Shown here: in pieces, positions 23,819 to 37,303 of the stretch
Numbering within the stretch: the stretch's first letter is position 1
How the letters are laid out: every line of letters starts with the position of its first letter
Source of the DNA: Scenedesmus sp. PABB004
Taxonomy: Eukaryota
Length of the DNA: 64,000 bases
Assembly: GCA_014905635.1 (NCBI GenBank)
Contig: CM026547.1
Span: 3,286,001 to 3,350,000, forward strand
Direction: 5' to 3'
Notes under the pieces: model-generated
What the model saw: only the letters and a program-made list of their open reading frames with translations
Told to the model about the DNA's origin: nothing
Databases searched by the model: none
Program-made: the position numbers and the translations under genes

Positions 23819-24193
23819 GCCCGGATGACAAGTCCCTGCCCGGGCCGCCCGCCGCCGCGCCGCGCCGCCCCCCACTCCCGCGCCGAGCGACCACGCCACC
23901 CGCAGCGCCGGAGCGGCAAGACAGGGCCTGGGCCCGCAGCAGCAGCTCGTCCGCACTCGCACACGTCCCAGGCGCCGCCTGCCCCCGCCACGCCCGATCG
24001 CGCCGCGCTCGGCAGCGCTCCGCACGTTGAGAGGCCGCGCCCAGCGCTCGGCGGCGGCGCAGGGCCCGCGGCGCGCCCGCGCCGGCGCAGCAGCAGCGCG
24101 GGCGCACGGGCGCCGCGCGGCCGGCCCCGGATGCGGCGGCGCTGCTAGCGCGCCCGGGAGCCGCGTTGCGGCGGTACAGCAGCAGCGGGCGCC

Positions 24194-27100
24194 ATGTCGG
24201 GGCGGGGGAACAAGTACAAGTCGATGGGCGTCTCGTACCGGGAGGGCCAGGACGACGGCGGCGGCGGGCGCGGGCGGGGGCGCGCCGCGCCAACCGCTAC
24301 CGCAAGACGCTCAACGGCAACTACATGCGCCAGGGCGGCGGCGGCGGCGGCGGCGACGACGACCCCACGAGCCGCCAGGTGCGCGCGTGGAAGGCTTCCG
24401 CGCGGGAGGCTTGCGCGCGGCAGGCTTGCGCGCGGCGCGGCCGCGGTGCTCGCGGCGGCGGCAGCGGCAGCGACTCGCCGACGCGCCGGGCCCGCCCGCT
24501 CACCCCGCCCGCCCGCCCGCCCGCCCGCCGGCGCCAGCTGATCGAGCAAAAGGCGGCGGACGTGCTCGAGGCGCAGCTCGGCTGGCCGCTCTTCACCGAG
24601 GGCGACGACCGCCTGGGCTGGCTGCTCAACTTCACGACGGTGCGGCGCGGCGCAGTGGCGCGGGGCCCGCGCGCCCGCCCGCCCGCACGCCCCGCGCCGC
24701 GGGGCGGCGCTGCCGGCGCGGGCGCGGACGCGTGGCCGCCCACGCCGCGCCCGCCGCCGCCGCCGCCGCGCCCGCCGCCGCCGCCGCCGCCTCGGCGCCG
24801 GCCGCAGACGTCGTTTGAGGACAAGGACACCGGCCAGACCATGAGCGCGGTCGACTGCTACTTCCAGTGCCAGGCGCGGCGCCCCGCGCGCTCACGCAGC
24901 GCTCACGCAGCGCTCACGCAGCGCGCACGCGGCGCGCGCGCCGCACGCAGCGCGCACGCGGCGCGCGCGCCGCACGCAGCGCGCCGCACGCAGCGCGCGG
25001 CGCCTGACGCGCGTGTGGGGCGCCGCGCCGCGCAGGACGGGTCGATGTTCAAGGCGCGCGTGCCGTACGCGCCGTACTTTTACCTCCAGGTCAAGGTGCG
25101 CGGCGCACACACAGCGCAGAGCCCCAACAGAGCCAACAGAGCCGCAGCGGCGCGGCGCGGCCCGCGCCGACGGCTCGCGCCCGCGCCGCGGGCAGCGGGG
25201 CGCGGCTGCAGGCCAACGGGTGCGCGCCGCGCCGCGCATCGCCGCGCCGCGCCGCGCCGCAGGACGACGCGGAGCGCGACGTCGAGGTGTGGCTGCGGCG
25301 CAAGTTTGAGGCACGCATCCGCGACGTGGAGCTGGTGCTGCGGGAGGACCTCGACCTGGTGCGCGCCGCGCGCGGGGCGGGGCGGGCGTGGGGCGGGCGC
25401 GGGGCGCGGGCGCGTGCGCCCCGCCGCCCCGCGCTGACGGTCGCGGCGCCGCCGGCCCCGCGCGCTGCGCCGCGCGCTGCGCGCAGAAGAACCACCTGTC
25501 CGGCCTGAAGCGCCGCCTGCTCAAGGTGTCCTTCCACAACGTGCAGCAGCTCATGGACGTGCGGCGCGAGGTCGCGCCGGTCGTGGCCGCCAACGCGCGG
25601 CGCGGCGCGATGGCTGACGCCGTCGCCGCGCTCGCGGCGGCGGCCGCGACGGCGGCGGCCGCGCCACGGTGCGCCCGCGCGCCCCCCGCGCGCCGCGCAC
25701 CGCACCTGCCACCGCGCCCGCGCCCGCGCGCCCGCGCCGCGCCGGCCGCTCGCTCAGCCCGCGCGCCGCCGCGCCGCGCTGCGCTGCGCCGTTGGTTGCG
25801 TGCCCCCCCCCCCCCCCCCCAGGACGTGCTGGAGTGCATCGTGGGCATGCGCGAGTATGACGTGCCCTACCACGTGCGCTTCGCCATCGACACAGGTGAC
25901 GCACGGGGTCAGGCCAGGCGGCCGCCCCACGCCCGCGCCCGCGCCGCGGCCGGCGGCGCCCGCCCGACGCGCCCGCCCACGCGTGCGCCGCCGCCGCCGC
26001 CGCGTCCGCCGCCGCGCAGACACGCGCGCGGGGCACTGGTACACCGTGCGCGCGCAGGACGGCGTGACGAGCCTCACGCACCGCCCCGACCTGCTGCAGC
26101 GCGCGGAGCCCGTCATCTGCGCGTTTGACATCGAGACCACCAAGCTGCCGCTGCGCTTCCCAAACGCCGCGTACGACCAGGTGCGCGCCCGCACCCGCCG
26201 CCGCCTCGCGCCGCGGCCGCGCGCGCCGGCCGCCGCGGCCGAGCGACGGCCCTCAAGCAGGCAAGCCAGCGAGCGCTGTCGCGCGCAACCCGCGCTGTCG
26301 CTAAACCCTTGTCGCCCGGCGGGCATGGTCTGGTGCAGGTGTTCATGATCTCCTACATGGTCGACCGCCGGGGCTACCTCATGGTCAACCGCGCGGTCGT
26401 GGGCGCAGACGTGGCCGACTTTGAGTACAGGCGCGCAGCGCCGCAGCGCCGGGGCGGGGACCGGGCGCGGGCGCGCGCGCGCGCGGGCGCTCCAGGCGCG
26501 CGCCTGGAGCCGCCGCCGCGCCGCCGCGCCGCGCGCGCGGGGCGAGGGCTCGACGCCGCCGCCGCCGCCGCCGCGGCGCGCAGCCCCAAGCCCGAGTTTG
26601 AGGGCCCCTTCACGGTCATCAACGAGCCCGACGAGCCCAGCCTGCTGCGCACGTGGTTCGCGCACATGCGCGAGGTGCGCCGCGCCGCGCCGCGCCCGTG
26701 CGCCGGCGCCGCGCCGCCGCTCGCGCACGCCCGCCTGTCCCTGCCACCGCCCCTCCTCCTCCTCCTCCAACCCCTCCCGTCTCACCGCCCCTGCTCACCA
26801 CCCCTCGCTCCCCCCTCCCCCTAAACCCTTAAACCCTGCAACCCTGCAACCCTGCAACCCCGCACAGGTCAAGCCAGGCATCATGGTGACCTACAACGGC
26901 GACTTCTTCGACTTTCCCTTCATCGAGGCCCGCGCCGCGGCGCACGGCCTCGACATGGCCGCCGAGCTGGGGTTCAAGATCAGCGCCGCCGGCGGCGAGT
27001 GCCTCTCGCGCGCGTGCGTGCACATGGACTGCCTGCACTGGGTCAACCGAGACAGCTACCTCCCGCAGGGCCAGCGCGGCCTCAAGGCGCGCGCGCGCGC

Positions 27101-29235
27101 GCACAGGCGCAGGCGCAGGGGCGCCCCGCGCCGGCGCCGGCCCAGGCGCTGCGCGCCCCCCTGAAACCCCGCGCGCGCCCTGAGCCCTGAGCCCTGAACC
27201 CCGGGGATCCCCCCTCCCCCGCTCGCTCGCGCGGCCGCCCAGGCTGTGACCAAGGCCAAGCTCGGGTACGACCCGGTCGAGGTCGCGCCGGAGGACATGG
27301 TCCGCCTCGCGGGCGAGGCGCCGCAGGCCATGGCCAGCTACAGCGTGTCCGACGCGGTCGCGACCTACTACCTCTACATGACGTGAGTCACGGCGTCAAA
27401 GAACCGTTGTTATTGCTGTTATTGGGCGTCACTTTCGCTCGTCACGTCGTGTCTCGCGTCCCGCCGCCGCCGCTGACGTGCGCGCGGCCGCCCCGCCGCC
27501 CCGCCGTCCACACCGCCCCGTCCCGTCCCGCGCCGCCGCCCCGCGTCGCTGCGTGGCGCCCGTCAGGTACATTCACCCCTTCATCTTCAGCCTCGCGACC
27601 ATCATCCCCATGCCGCCCGACGAGGTGCTGCGCAAGGGCAGCGGCACGCTGTGCGAGCAGCTGCTCATGGTCGAGGCGTACCGCGCCAACGTCATCTGCC
27701 CAAACAAGCACACCTCGCAGGCGCGCGCGCGGGCTCGCTCCCGCGCGCGCGGCGCCGCGCGCCCCGCCCCCCGCGCGCCGCCGCCGCGGCCGCCCGGCCC
27801 ACGCGCCGCGCGCCCGGCTCCCCCCTGCGCGCGCGCCGCGCAGTCCGAGGTTCTGTACCGCAACCACCTGCTGGAGAGCGAGACGTACATCGGCGGCAAG
27901 GTGGAGGCGCTCGAGAGCGGCGTGTTCCGCTCCGACCTGCCCACGCGGTTCAAGGCGAGCGCCGACGCGTACGCGGGGCTGATCGCGCACCTCGACCGCG
28001 ACCTCACCTACGCGCTCACGCACGAGGCGGGGTGGGACGTCGCCGACGTGGCCAACTACGGCGAGGTCAGGGAGGCCATCGCGGACGCGCTCGCGGGCCT
28101 GCGCGACGCGCCGCACAGGCGCGCGCGCGCGCGCGCACGGAGGAGTGGGGCGGAGGGAGTGGGGCGGAGGCAGCGGGGGCGGGGAGGCCGCGCGCCGCGC
28201 GCCTCGTGCCGCGCCCGCCCTGCCCCTGACGCCGTCGCGTGCTGCGCGCGTGCTGTGACCGTGCTGCGCGCTGCCCCCCCCCCCCTCACCCACCCACCCA
28301 CCCACCCACACCCACCCACACCCACACCCACCCCCCCCCCCACACCCCCCCCCCAGGGAGGAGGTGCCGCTGATCTACCACCTCGACGTCGCCGCGATGT
28401 ACCCAAACATCATCCTCACCAATCGCCTGCAGCCAGCCGCGATCGTGGGCGACGAGGACTGCGCCGCGTGCGACTTCAACCGACCCGGCAAGACCTGCCT
28501 GCGCACGATGGAGTGGGTGCGTCGCGCTGCTGCTGCTGCTGCTTTGGGCTGCGCGGCGGCGCATGAGAGCCCGGCCCGGCCAGCCGCCGCGCCGCGCCGC
28601 CCACGCGACGCTGTCGCCGTCTGCCGCGTCCGCGCGCGGCGCAGGTGTGGCGCGGCGAGCACTATTCGTGCAGCAAGTCGGAGTACCTGCAGGTCAAGCG
28701 CCAGCTCATGAGCGAGCGGCACGCGCCCCCGCCCGGCGCGCCGCCGCCCGCCGACGGCGCGGCGGCGGCGGCGGCGGCGACGGCGGCGGCGGCGGCGCGC
28801 GCGCGTGGGGCGAGCTGAGCAGCGAGGAGCAGGGCAAGCTGCTCAAGGAGCGGCTCAAGAAGTACTGCCAAAAGGTGGCCGCCAACGCGCGCGCCGCGCG
28901 CGCCGTGCCTGCGGGCGGGCAGCCTGCGGCGGGGCCGCGCCGCCCGCGCCGCCCGGCCGGCCGGCCCCGCAGCGGCCGCCGCACCCGCTGCGCACACGCC
29001 CTCACATGCGTGCGCGCGCCCTCACACCCGCGCCGCGCGCAGGTGTACAAGCGCGTGCTGGACAAGCCCGTTGTCGAGCGGCGCGCGGCGGGCATCTGCC
29101 AGCGCGAGAACAGCTTTTACATCGACACCGTCCGCGCGTTCAGGGACCGGCGCTACGAGTACAAGGGACTCAACAAGGTGCGGCCGCCGCCCGGCGCCGG
29201 CGGTGGGGGGGGGAGGGGGCGGCGGCGGCGGGGGC

Positions 29236-29267
<32 letters not shown>

Positions 29268-31683
29268 AGCCCGGGCCTGGTCGGGGCGCGCGGGCCCCAG
29301 GTACATGGGCTCCCCCCCCCCCCACACACACACACGCACCACCCACCCGCCCACCCCACCCACCCACCCACGCGCGCGCGCGCAGAAGTGGAAGGGCAAG
29401 CTCGACGCGGCGCGGCGCTCAGGCAACGCGCTCGCGGTCGCGGAGGCGTCGGACATGGTGGTGCTGTACGACAGCCTGCAGCTCGCGCACAAGTGCATCC
29501 TCAACTCCTTCTACGGCTACGTCATGCGCAAGGGCGCGCGCTGGTGCGCGGGGCGGCGGGGGGGGGGGGGCGGCAGGGCCTGCTGCTGCCGGCCGAGGGA
29601 GGGGGGGGATGCGCGAGGGAGGGAGGGAGGGGGTGGCGGCGGCGTGACGAGGCGGGCGCGCCGGGCGCGGGCGCCCACGCGCGCCGCCGCCGCGCCCGCG
29701 CGCGCCTGCGTTGTGTGTGTGTGTGCCCGCGCTCTCCTGCAGGTACAGCATGGAGATGGCGGGCGTGGTCACGCACACGGGCGCAGCGATCATCCAGCGC
29801 GCGTGCGAGATGGTGCGCGGCGCTGCGGGGGCAGGGCGCGGCGGGCGGCGCCGCCGCGCGCGCCCCGCGCGCTGAGCCCGCGCCGAGCCCGCCCCGCGCC
29901 GCCGCCGCGGCCGCCGCCGCCGCGGCCGCCGCCGCCGCGGCCGCCGCGCAGGTTGAGCAGCTGGGCAAGCCGCTGGAGCTCGACACCGACGGCATCTGGT
30001 GCTGCCTGCCAGGGAGCTTCCCTGAGAACTTTGAGTTCAAGCACAGGGGCAGCGGCAAGGGCTTCAAGATCAGGCGCGACGCCACGCGCCGCCGCCGCCG
30101 GGGCTCGCAGCGCCCGCCCTCGCGCCCCCGCCTGCGCTCGCGTTGCAAGCCCAGCTGACCCCCCCCCCCCCCCCCAACCTTCCCACACACACGCACACGC
30201 ACACCCCATGCGTTGCCTCCCTCCCGCCCCCGCAGCTACCCGTGCGTGATGCTGAACGTCATGGTCGCGCAGCACAACACCAACGACCAGTACCAGACGC
30301 TCGTCGACCCCGCGCGCCAGGCCTACGAGACGAGCAGCCAGATGAGCATCGAATTCGAGGTCGACGGACCCTACAAGGCACGCGGACCGGACCGGCGCGC
30401 ACGTGCCCGAGGCAGTGCCGGAGGCGGCGCGGGGCCCCCCTGCGCGCCCTCCCTGGCGCGCCGCGCCCTCGCCGCGCCCTCTCCGCGCCCACACCGCGCT
30501 CGCGTCGCGCCGCGCTGCGCCGCTCTGCGCCGCGCCAGGCCATGATCCTGCCAGCGAGCAAGGAGGAGGGCAAGCTCATCAAGAAGCGCTACGCCGTGTT
30601 CAACCACGACGGCTCGCTCGCGGAGCTCAAGGGCTTTGAGATCAAGGCGCGCCGGCCGCGCCGCCGGCGCTGAGCGCGCGGGGCAGCACCGCGCGCGGGA
30701 CGCCGGGCCGCCAGACCGCCCGGCGCGCCGGCGCCGCGCGCGCCGCGTGTGAGCCGTGGCGTTGCCGCCGCCGCGCCCGCGCCCGCGCCCGCCCCGCCCC
30801 CTCCTCGCCCCCGCCCCTCCAGCGGCGCGGGGAGCTGAAGCTGATCAAGGTCTTCCAGGCGGAGGTGTTTGAGCAGTTCCTCGCCGGCGCCAGCCTGGCC
30901 GAGTGCTACGACGCCGTCGCGGCGGTCGCCAACCGCTGGCTCGACATGCTCGACACACAGGCGCGCGCCCGCGCGCCCCTCCCCCGGCCGCGCTCCGGCT
31001 CCGGCTCCTCCCTCCTCCGCCGCCCCGGCTCCAGCCCGCCCCCGCCCGCGCCCACGCACCATGCCCACGCACCCATGCCCGCACCCGCGCGCCCACTCTC
31101 TCACCGCCTGCGCCGCCCCGCCCACATGCCCGCCGCGTCCCCCAAAGGGCGTGGACCTGACCGACGAGGAGCTCATGGAGTACATCAGCGAGAGCACGAC
31201 CATGTCCAAGGCCATGGAGGACTACGGGGACCGCAAGTCGTGCGCCATCACAACCGCCAAGCGCCTCTCCGCCTTCCTCGGTGCGACGCTCTCCGCGCCG
31301 CGCCCCGCGCTCGGCAGTCGCGCGCGCAGCCTGGCGCGCAGCGCGCAGCGTGCACAGAGCGAGCGCTCGCGTGCCGACTGCCGCCGCCGCCGCGCACGCT
31401 CACGCCCGCCCGCCCGCCCGCCCGCCCGCCCCCCTCCCCTGTCCTGTGTGCAGGCGACGAGCGCATCAAGGACAAGGGGCTGAACTGCACCTACATCATC
31501 GCGCGCCGCCCCGAGAGCCAGCCCACGAGCGAGCGCGCGATCCCCTGCTCCATCTTCTCCGCCGAGCCGCCCGTCGCGCGCGCGTGGCTGCGCAAGTGGT
31601 GCGGCGACATCGGCAGCGGTGAGCGCGCGCCGCCGCCGCCGCCGCCGCCGCGCGTGCTGGCCCCGTCGCGACGGCCCCCCGCG

Positions 31684-31714
<31 letters not shown>

Positions 31715-34700
31715 AGCCGGGGGCGACGCGGAGCGCGTGCCGGACGTGCGCGACATCCTGGACTGGGACTACTACCGCGAGCGCCTGGGCAACGCGGTGC
31801 AGAAGATCATCACCATCCCCGCGGCCATGCAGGCGGTGCCAAACCCCGTGCCGCGCGTGAAGCACCCCGACTGGCTGCACAAGCTGGTGCGCCGGCGGCG
31901 GCGGCGGCCGCGGCGCGGCGCGCGGCGCGGCGCGGCGCGCGGGGGGGGGGGGGGGGGGGCGGGCTCGCTCACGCGGCGCGCGCGCCCTGCCTGCCGCGCC
32001 GCAGGTGCGGAGCGCAACTCGCGCTCGCAGCAGCTGCGCCTCGACACCATGTTCACCGCCGCGGCGGCCAAGGCGGCCGCGGCCAAGGCGGCGGCGGGCG
32101 AGGACGGCGCGAGCCCCGGCGCCGCTGCCGGGGCCCCGCCCGTGCGGGACCTGGAGGACCTGGCGGGCGCGGGCGGCAGCGACCAGGACCCCGGCGCGCT
32201 GCCGCGGCGCGGCCGCGCGCGCGCGTGGTGGCCGAGGACGGCGACGCGGCGGGCGGCGGGGACGACGGCGCGATGCAGCTGGACCAGGCGGCGGGGCAGG
32301 GGGCGAGGCCGGCAAGCCGCCGGCCGAGCCCATGCCCGACCGCGTGACCGACTACGCCGCCTGGGTGGCGTGGCACAAGGCGCGCTGGCGCGCGGGGCGC
32401 ACGGAGCGCAAGAAGCGGCGCACGGACGCCGGCCGGCGCGGCGGCGGCGCGGCGGAGCAGGGCGACGCGCCGCTGCAGGTGCGGCGCTGCCGCGCGCGAC
32501 GCGCGCGGCGGGGAGGGGGCGGCCCGCCAGCCGCCGCCCCCGCGGGGCTGCGCTGGGGCTCTGCCGGCGCGCCCGCGCGCCCGCCCGTGCGCCCGCCCAC
32601 GCGCGCCGCCCGTGCAGGTGGTGCCGACGAGCAACGTGGGTCGCTTCTTCAAGCAGCAGCAGGCCGCGGCGGCGGCGAGCCACTGGCAGCTGCTGCAGCT
32701 CGCGCCGACGAGCACCCCGGGGCTGTTCAAGCTCTGGGCGCTCGTGGACGCTGCGCTCTTCTGCATACCCCTGCGCGTGCGGCGCACCGTGCTGGTCAAC
32801 TGCGACGCGCCGCTGTCGCTGCCGCTGGCGGCCACGGGCGGCGGGCAGGAGCTGCTCGCGGGGCTCGCCCCCGTGGCGGGCGGGCGGGTGTGGCTGCCGC
32901 CCGGCGACGTGCCGCGGCACCTCTACCAGGTGCGCCGCGGTCGTATCACCACCCCGGGGCGCCGCCACCGCTGCCGCGCGGCACCCGCCCGCTGCCTCTC
33001 TGCCTCGCCCGCCCCCGCCGCCCGCCCACACGCGCCGCCCCCGCCACGCCGCCCACCGCGGCGCAGCTCACGGCGCCCGAGGCGGAGTGGCAGTCGCACG
33101 CCAACGCGCTCGGCCTGGGCCTGCTGTCCGCGGGCGCGCGCGCGGTGTACCAGAGCCAGCTCCCGCTCTCGCTCGCCGCGGCGCTCGACCTCGGCTGCGT
33201 GGCGACGGTCACGCCGGGCGCGCGCGCGCGCGGGCGCACGCTCGGCCAGGGCTTTGACCTGGAGGAGCTGCAGGTGCGGCGCGCTCACCGGCGGGCGCCC
33301 GCCCGCTCGGCGCGCGTGCCTTGCACGCTGCGGCCGCCGGCGCGTCGCCGAGGCCTCCCGCCGCTCGGACGGCCCCCCCGCCGCCCCGCGCCGCAGTCCA
33401 AGACCGCGACCGAGTGCCCCTACCTCGAGGGCGGCGGCCCCGATGGCCTCGGCCCGGGGCTGCGCCACGTGGCGCTGTACCACAGCAGCGACGGCGCGCG
33501 CGGGCGCGGCCTGCTGGGCCTGCTCACGCCCACGACGGGGCGCTGCCTGCTCGTCGTGGTCGTGCCGGGCGGGCTGGCGGCAAAGGAGGTCACCCAAGTG
33601 CGCGCGGCGCGCGGCGCGCGGCGCGCGGGGGCCGCGCCGGGCTGCGCGCGGGCGACCCAGCGCTGGCAGCTGACGCCGCCACCGCCACCGCCGCCGCCGC
33701 CGGCAGGCCGCGCTGGAGCGCTGCTGGCGCGAGGTGCTGGCGGGCATGAGCGAGCAGGGGCTGCTGGACGAGGAGCAGGTGCGGCGCGTGCAGCGGCTGC
33801 CTGGCCTGCGCGCGCGCCGCCGCCGCCGCCTCTGGCATTGCGCCCGCGCGGCGAGCCCTCGCTGCCCTGCCGCGCAGGCATCGGCGCTCGGCGGCGTGTC
33901 GTTCAGTGTGGAGTATGCGTCCGAGTACCTCGTGGGGCTGCGCACGCTGCAGCGCGGCCTTGGCGCGTACCGCGAGGCGGCGCGGGGCCGTGCGTCGCGA
34001 CGATCCAGGCGCCCGGCGGCGGCGAGCGCATGGCGAGCGACATGCCCGCCCTCGCCGACCTGCCCTGGCTCGACAAGCCGCACGCCGTGGACGACGCAAA
34101 GTGCGGCGCGCGCGGCGCACGGCCGGCCGGCGGCCGCCGGGGGCGCAGCGGCGGCTGTGGGGCGCGCGCTGGCTGCGGGCCGGCAGCGTAGCACGCCGGC
34201 CGCGCCGCGCCGCGCCGCGCCGTGTGTGCAGGTACCCGGCGCTGCAGTGGCAGCTGCGCGCGGCGCGGCGCGCGCTCGCCGCGCTCGCGGCGGCGGGGCC
34301 GTGGCTGCGCGACCGCGCGGCGCTCACGCGCTACGCGCACGTCCCGCTCGGCGCGCTCGGGCGCGACGCGCTGATGAGCATCGCCGACACGCTCTTCGCG
34401 CGGCGCCTGCGCGCGGCGCGGCACGTGCTCTGGGCGGCCGACCCCGCGCTGCCCGACCTCGGTGCGCGCGCTGCTGCGGCCGCGGCTGGCTGCCGCCGCG
34501 CCCCGCACGGCGGGGGCCGCGCCGTCCCTCACACCGCTCGCTCAAAACCGCGCCGCGCGCCGCCAGGCGTGGAGGCGCTGGCCGAGGACGACCTCTTTAC
34601 GCTGGACGAGCCGCCCAGCCCCCAGGTCGCGCGCCCGGGGTGCTACCGCTGCGTGTGCGTGCAGCTCAAGCTGCACCACCTCGCCGTCGCGGCGGTTGAC

Positions 34701-35766
34701 CAGGCGCCCGCGCTCGCCGAGGCCGCCGGCGCTGTCACGCTCGAGGGCCTGCTCGGCCCCGCGGCGCGCGTTCAAGGTGCTGCGCGAGCTCGTGCAGGTG
34801 CGGCGCGCGCGCGCGCCGGCGCCGGCCCGCGCGCGCGCTCGCGCTGGCAGCCTGGACCAGGCGCCGCGGCGGTGCGCGCCGGCCCGACCGCGCCGCGCGG
34901 CCGCGCCGCGCCGCGCCGCGCCGCGCACGCAGGCGTGGCTGGACGACGCGACGCGCAACGGCAGCGTGATCGCGGACGGCCTGCTGAAGCAGCTCTACCA
35001 CTGGGTCTCAAACCCCGGCGCGGCGACGCACCACCCGCTGCTGCACCGCGCGCTGCTGGGGCTCATGCAGCGCCTGTGGGTGCTGCTCGTCGATGAGGTC
35101 TCCCGCCTCGGCGCGCACGTCGTGTCGGCGAGCTTTGGCGGCATCATCATCGCCACCAACAAGCGCAACCTCACCGCGGCGGGTGCGCACGCGGCGGCGC
35201 GGCGCGGCGCCGCGGCGCTGCCGGCGGAGGCCCCGACGCGCCCGGTTGCCCGGCCCGGCTCTGAGCGCCGCGCCGCGCCGCGCTGCGTCTGCGCAGTCGG
35301 GTACGCGCGCTACCTGCTGGACACGCTCGCCAAGCGCGACAGCCTGGGCTGGCTCACGCTCGTGCCGCAGCGCTGGTGGGCAGCGCTGCACTACGCAGGT
35401 GCGCGCGGCGCGCCGCCGCGGGCGCCGCGCCCGCGCCGCGCGCGCCGCCCGGGCGCCGCGCCACACCCCGCCACCCGCCCGCCGCGGCCCCTGGGCGCCC
35501 CCAGACGAGTTCAACTATGGCGGCGTCGAGGCGGAGGTGCCGCGGCGATGTGGGAGGCGGGCGGCGTGCCGACGCCGCCGTGGCGAGGGCCTCTCGCCGG
35601 ACGAGCCGCCGCCGCCGCCGAGGCCGCGGCGGCCGAGGTGGACGAGGCAGAGATCGGCACGCCCGGCGGGCCGCGCCTCAGGTCGGCATGCGGCGGGCGG
35701 GGCCGCCCGCGCTGCGCCGAGCTGCGCCGCGCTGCGCGTCGCGCGGCCCACGCGCTGAGCGCCGCC

Positions 35767-35803
<37 letters not shown>

Positions 35804-37217
35804 GCCCTGCCCCCCCCCCCCACACACACACACAGCCACCAGTGGAGCGTGGTGGAGTTCCTGCCCCGCGCGCTGCAAGCAGCACCTGGTGCTCCTGCTC
35901 GCCGAGTGGATGTACCTGCCCTGGCAGGCCGCCAACCGCGCGGCCGCGGTCGCGCGCGGCGCGACGCAGGGCGGCAGCCAGGCGGTGCTCGACGCGCGGC
36001 AGGGCGAGGCGGTGCAGGTGCGGCGCCGGCGCGCGCCGCGCCGCGCCGGCCGCGGCTCGCCTGTCTCTTGGCCTGCCACGCCGCGCCGCGCCGCACCGCG
36101 CGCCCACGCCGCGCCGCCCGCTGTGCCGCCCCTGAACACAGCTGGAGTACCTCCGCGACGCGCTGGCGGGGCGGTGGGGCGAGAAGGTGATGACCCGCGT
36201 GAGCGGCGTGCTGCGCCACGTGCCCGCCGGCAGCAGCCACCCCGACTGCGTCTTCCCCCAGCGCGCCGGCAGCCACCTCACCGAGGTGCGCCTGCCACCG
36301 CGGCCGCTGCCGACAGCCGCGCCCGCCGCGCCCGCCGCCGCCCCGCCGCCGCCGCCGCCGCCGCGCCGCCCGCCCGCGCCCCGCCCGCGCCCGACCGAGC
36401 GCCCCGCGCTCGCGCCCCGCGGGCGCCGCCAGGCGGAGCTGGGCAGCCCCGCGCTCGCGTTTGTCAAGACGCTGGTGCACCTGCTGGCCCTCGACGCGCG
36501 CTGGCGGACGAGGTCGCGATGCTGCGCCGCCGGCTGCTGCGCCTCGTCGGCGCGGACGAGTTCAGCGCCGCCGCGGTGTGGGTGGACCCCTGCCTCTCCT
36601 TCCGCCTGCCCGACATCATCTGCGCGCACTGCAACGACGCGCGCGAGCTCGACCTCTGCCGCGACGCGGGGCTCGGCCCCGGCGCCGGCTGGGCGTGCCC
36701 CGTGTGCGGCGCGGGCTACGACAGCGGGCGCGATCGAGGCACGCCTCGTCGCGGCGCTGCAGGGGCGGCTCAAGGAGTATGCGCTGCAGGACCTGGCGTG
36801 CGTGCAGTGCAAGCAGGTGCGGGGGCTGGGGGCGCCGGGCGAGGCGCGTCGCCGGCGGGCCATGGCTGGCAAACAGGGCCGCGGCCGTGGCCTCAGCGCG
36901 CGCCCGACCACGCCGCCGCCGCCGCCGCCCCGCCGCCCGCCGCCGCCGCGGCGCAGGTCACGGCCAGCCGGCTGTGCAGCCACTGCCCCACGTGCGGCGG
37001 CGCGCTCGCCGCGAGCATCAAGCCCGACGCCGCGGCGAAGCGGCTGGTGGTGTTCCGCAGCCTCGCCGCGTTCCACGGCTTTGCCCTGCTGCAGCAGCTC
37101 GCTGACATGGCGCTCGGAGCGGGCGGCGCCCACCGGCGGCGCGTGACGGCGCGGCGGCCGCCGGCCGCGCGGGCGGGGGCCGGGGCGCGCCGCGCGCGCA
37201 GTTGCAACCGCAATTGA
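24194..37217 (+). CDS. POLE: DNA polymerase epsilon catalytic subunit A (about 41 exons, several apparent frameshifts; true stop may be 37146)
   Basis: [37 protein letters not shown]; Exo[76 protein letters not shown]; motif [21 protein letters not shown]; CysX CAACDFN..C; motif [12 protein letters not shown]; motif [29 protein letters not shown]-terminal Zn fingers CAHC..CPVC and CVQC..CPTC. Confidence 0.97.
26819..26860. repeat. Degenerate telomere-like repeat in a POLE intron
   Basis: CCCTAAA CCCTTAAA CCCTGCAA CCCTGCAA CCCTGCAA CCC, related to plant-type (TTTAGGG)n on the minus strand. Confidence 0.6.
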
Positions 37218-37303
37218 GCCCGCCCGCCCGCGCGGCCGCGGCGCCCCACACAGACCCACGCACGCGCGACGCTGCTCCCGCCGCTGCACTGCAAAGCTGC
37301 GCA

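Noticed and set aside
27383..27460. AT-richer patch in a POLE intron as an insertion or snoRNA
   Set aside because: I could not identify terminal repeats, C/D boxes or H/ACA boxes.
24194..37217. POLE as a pseudogene, an intein host or a viral/Polinton polymerase
   Set aside because: Catalytic motifs are intact, interruptions are spliceosomal introns, no Hint motifs are seen, and the architecture is cellular Pol2.
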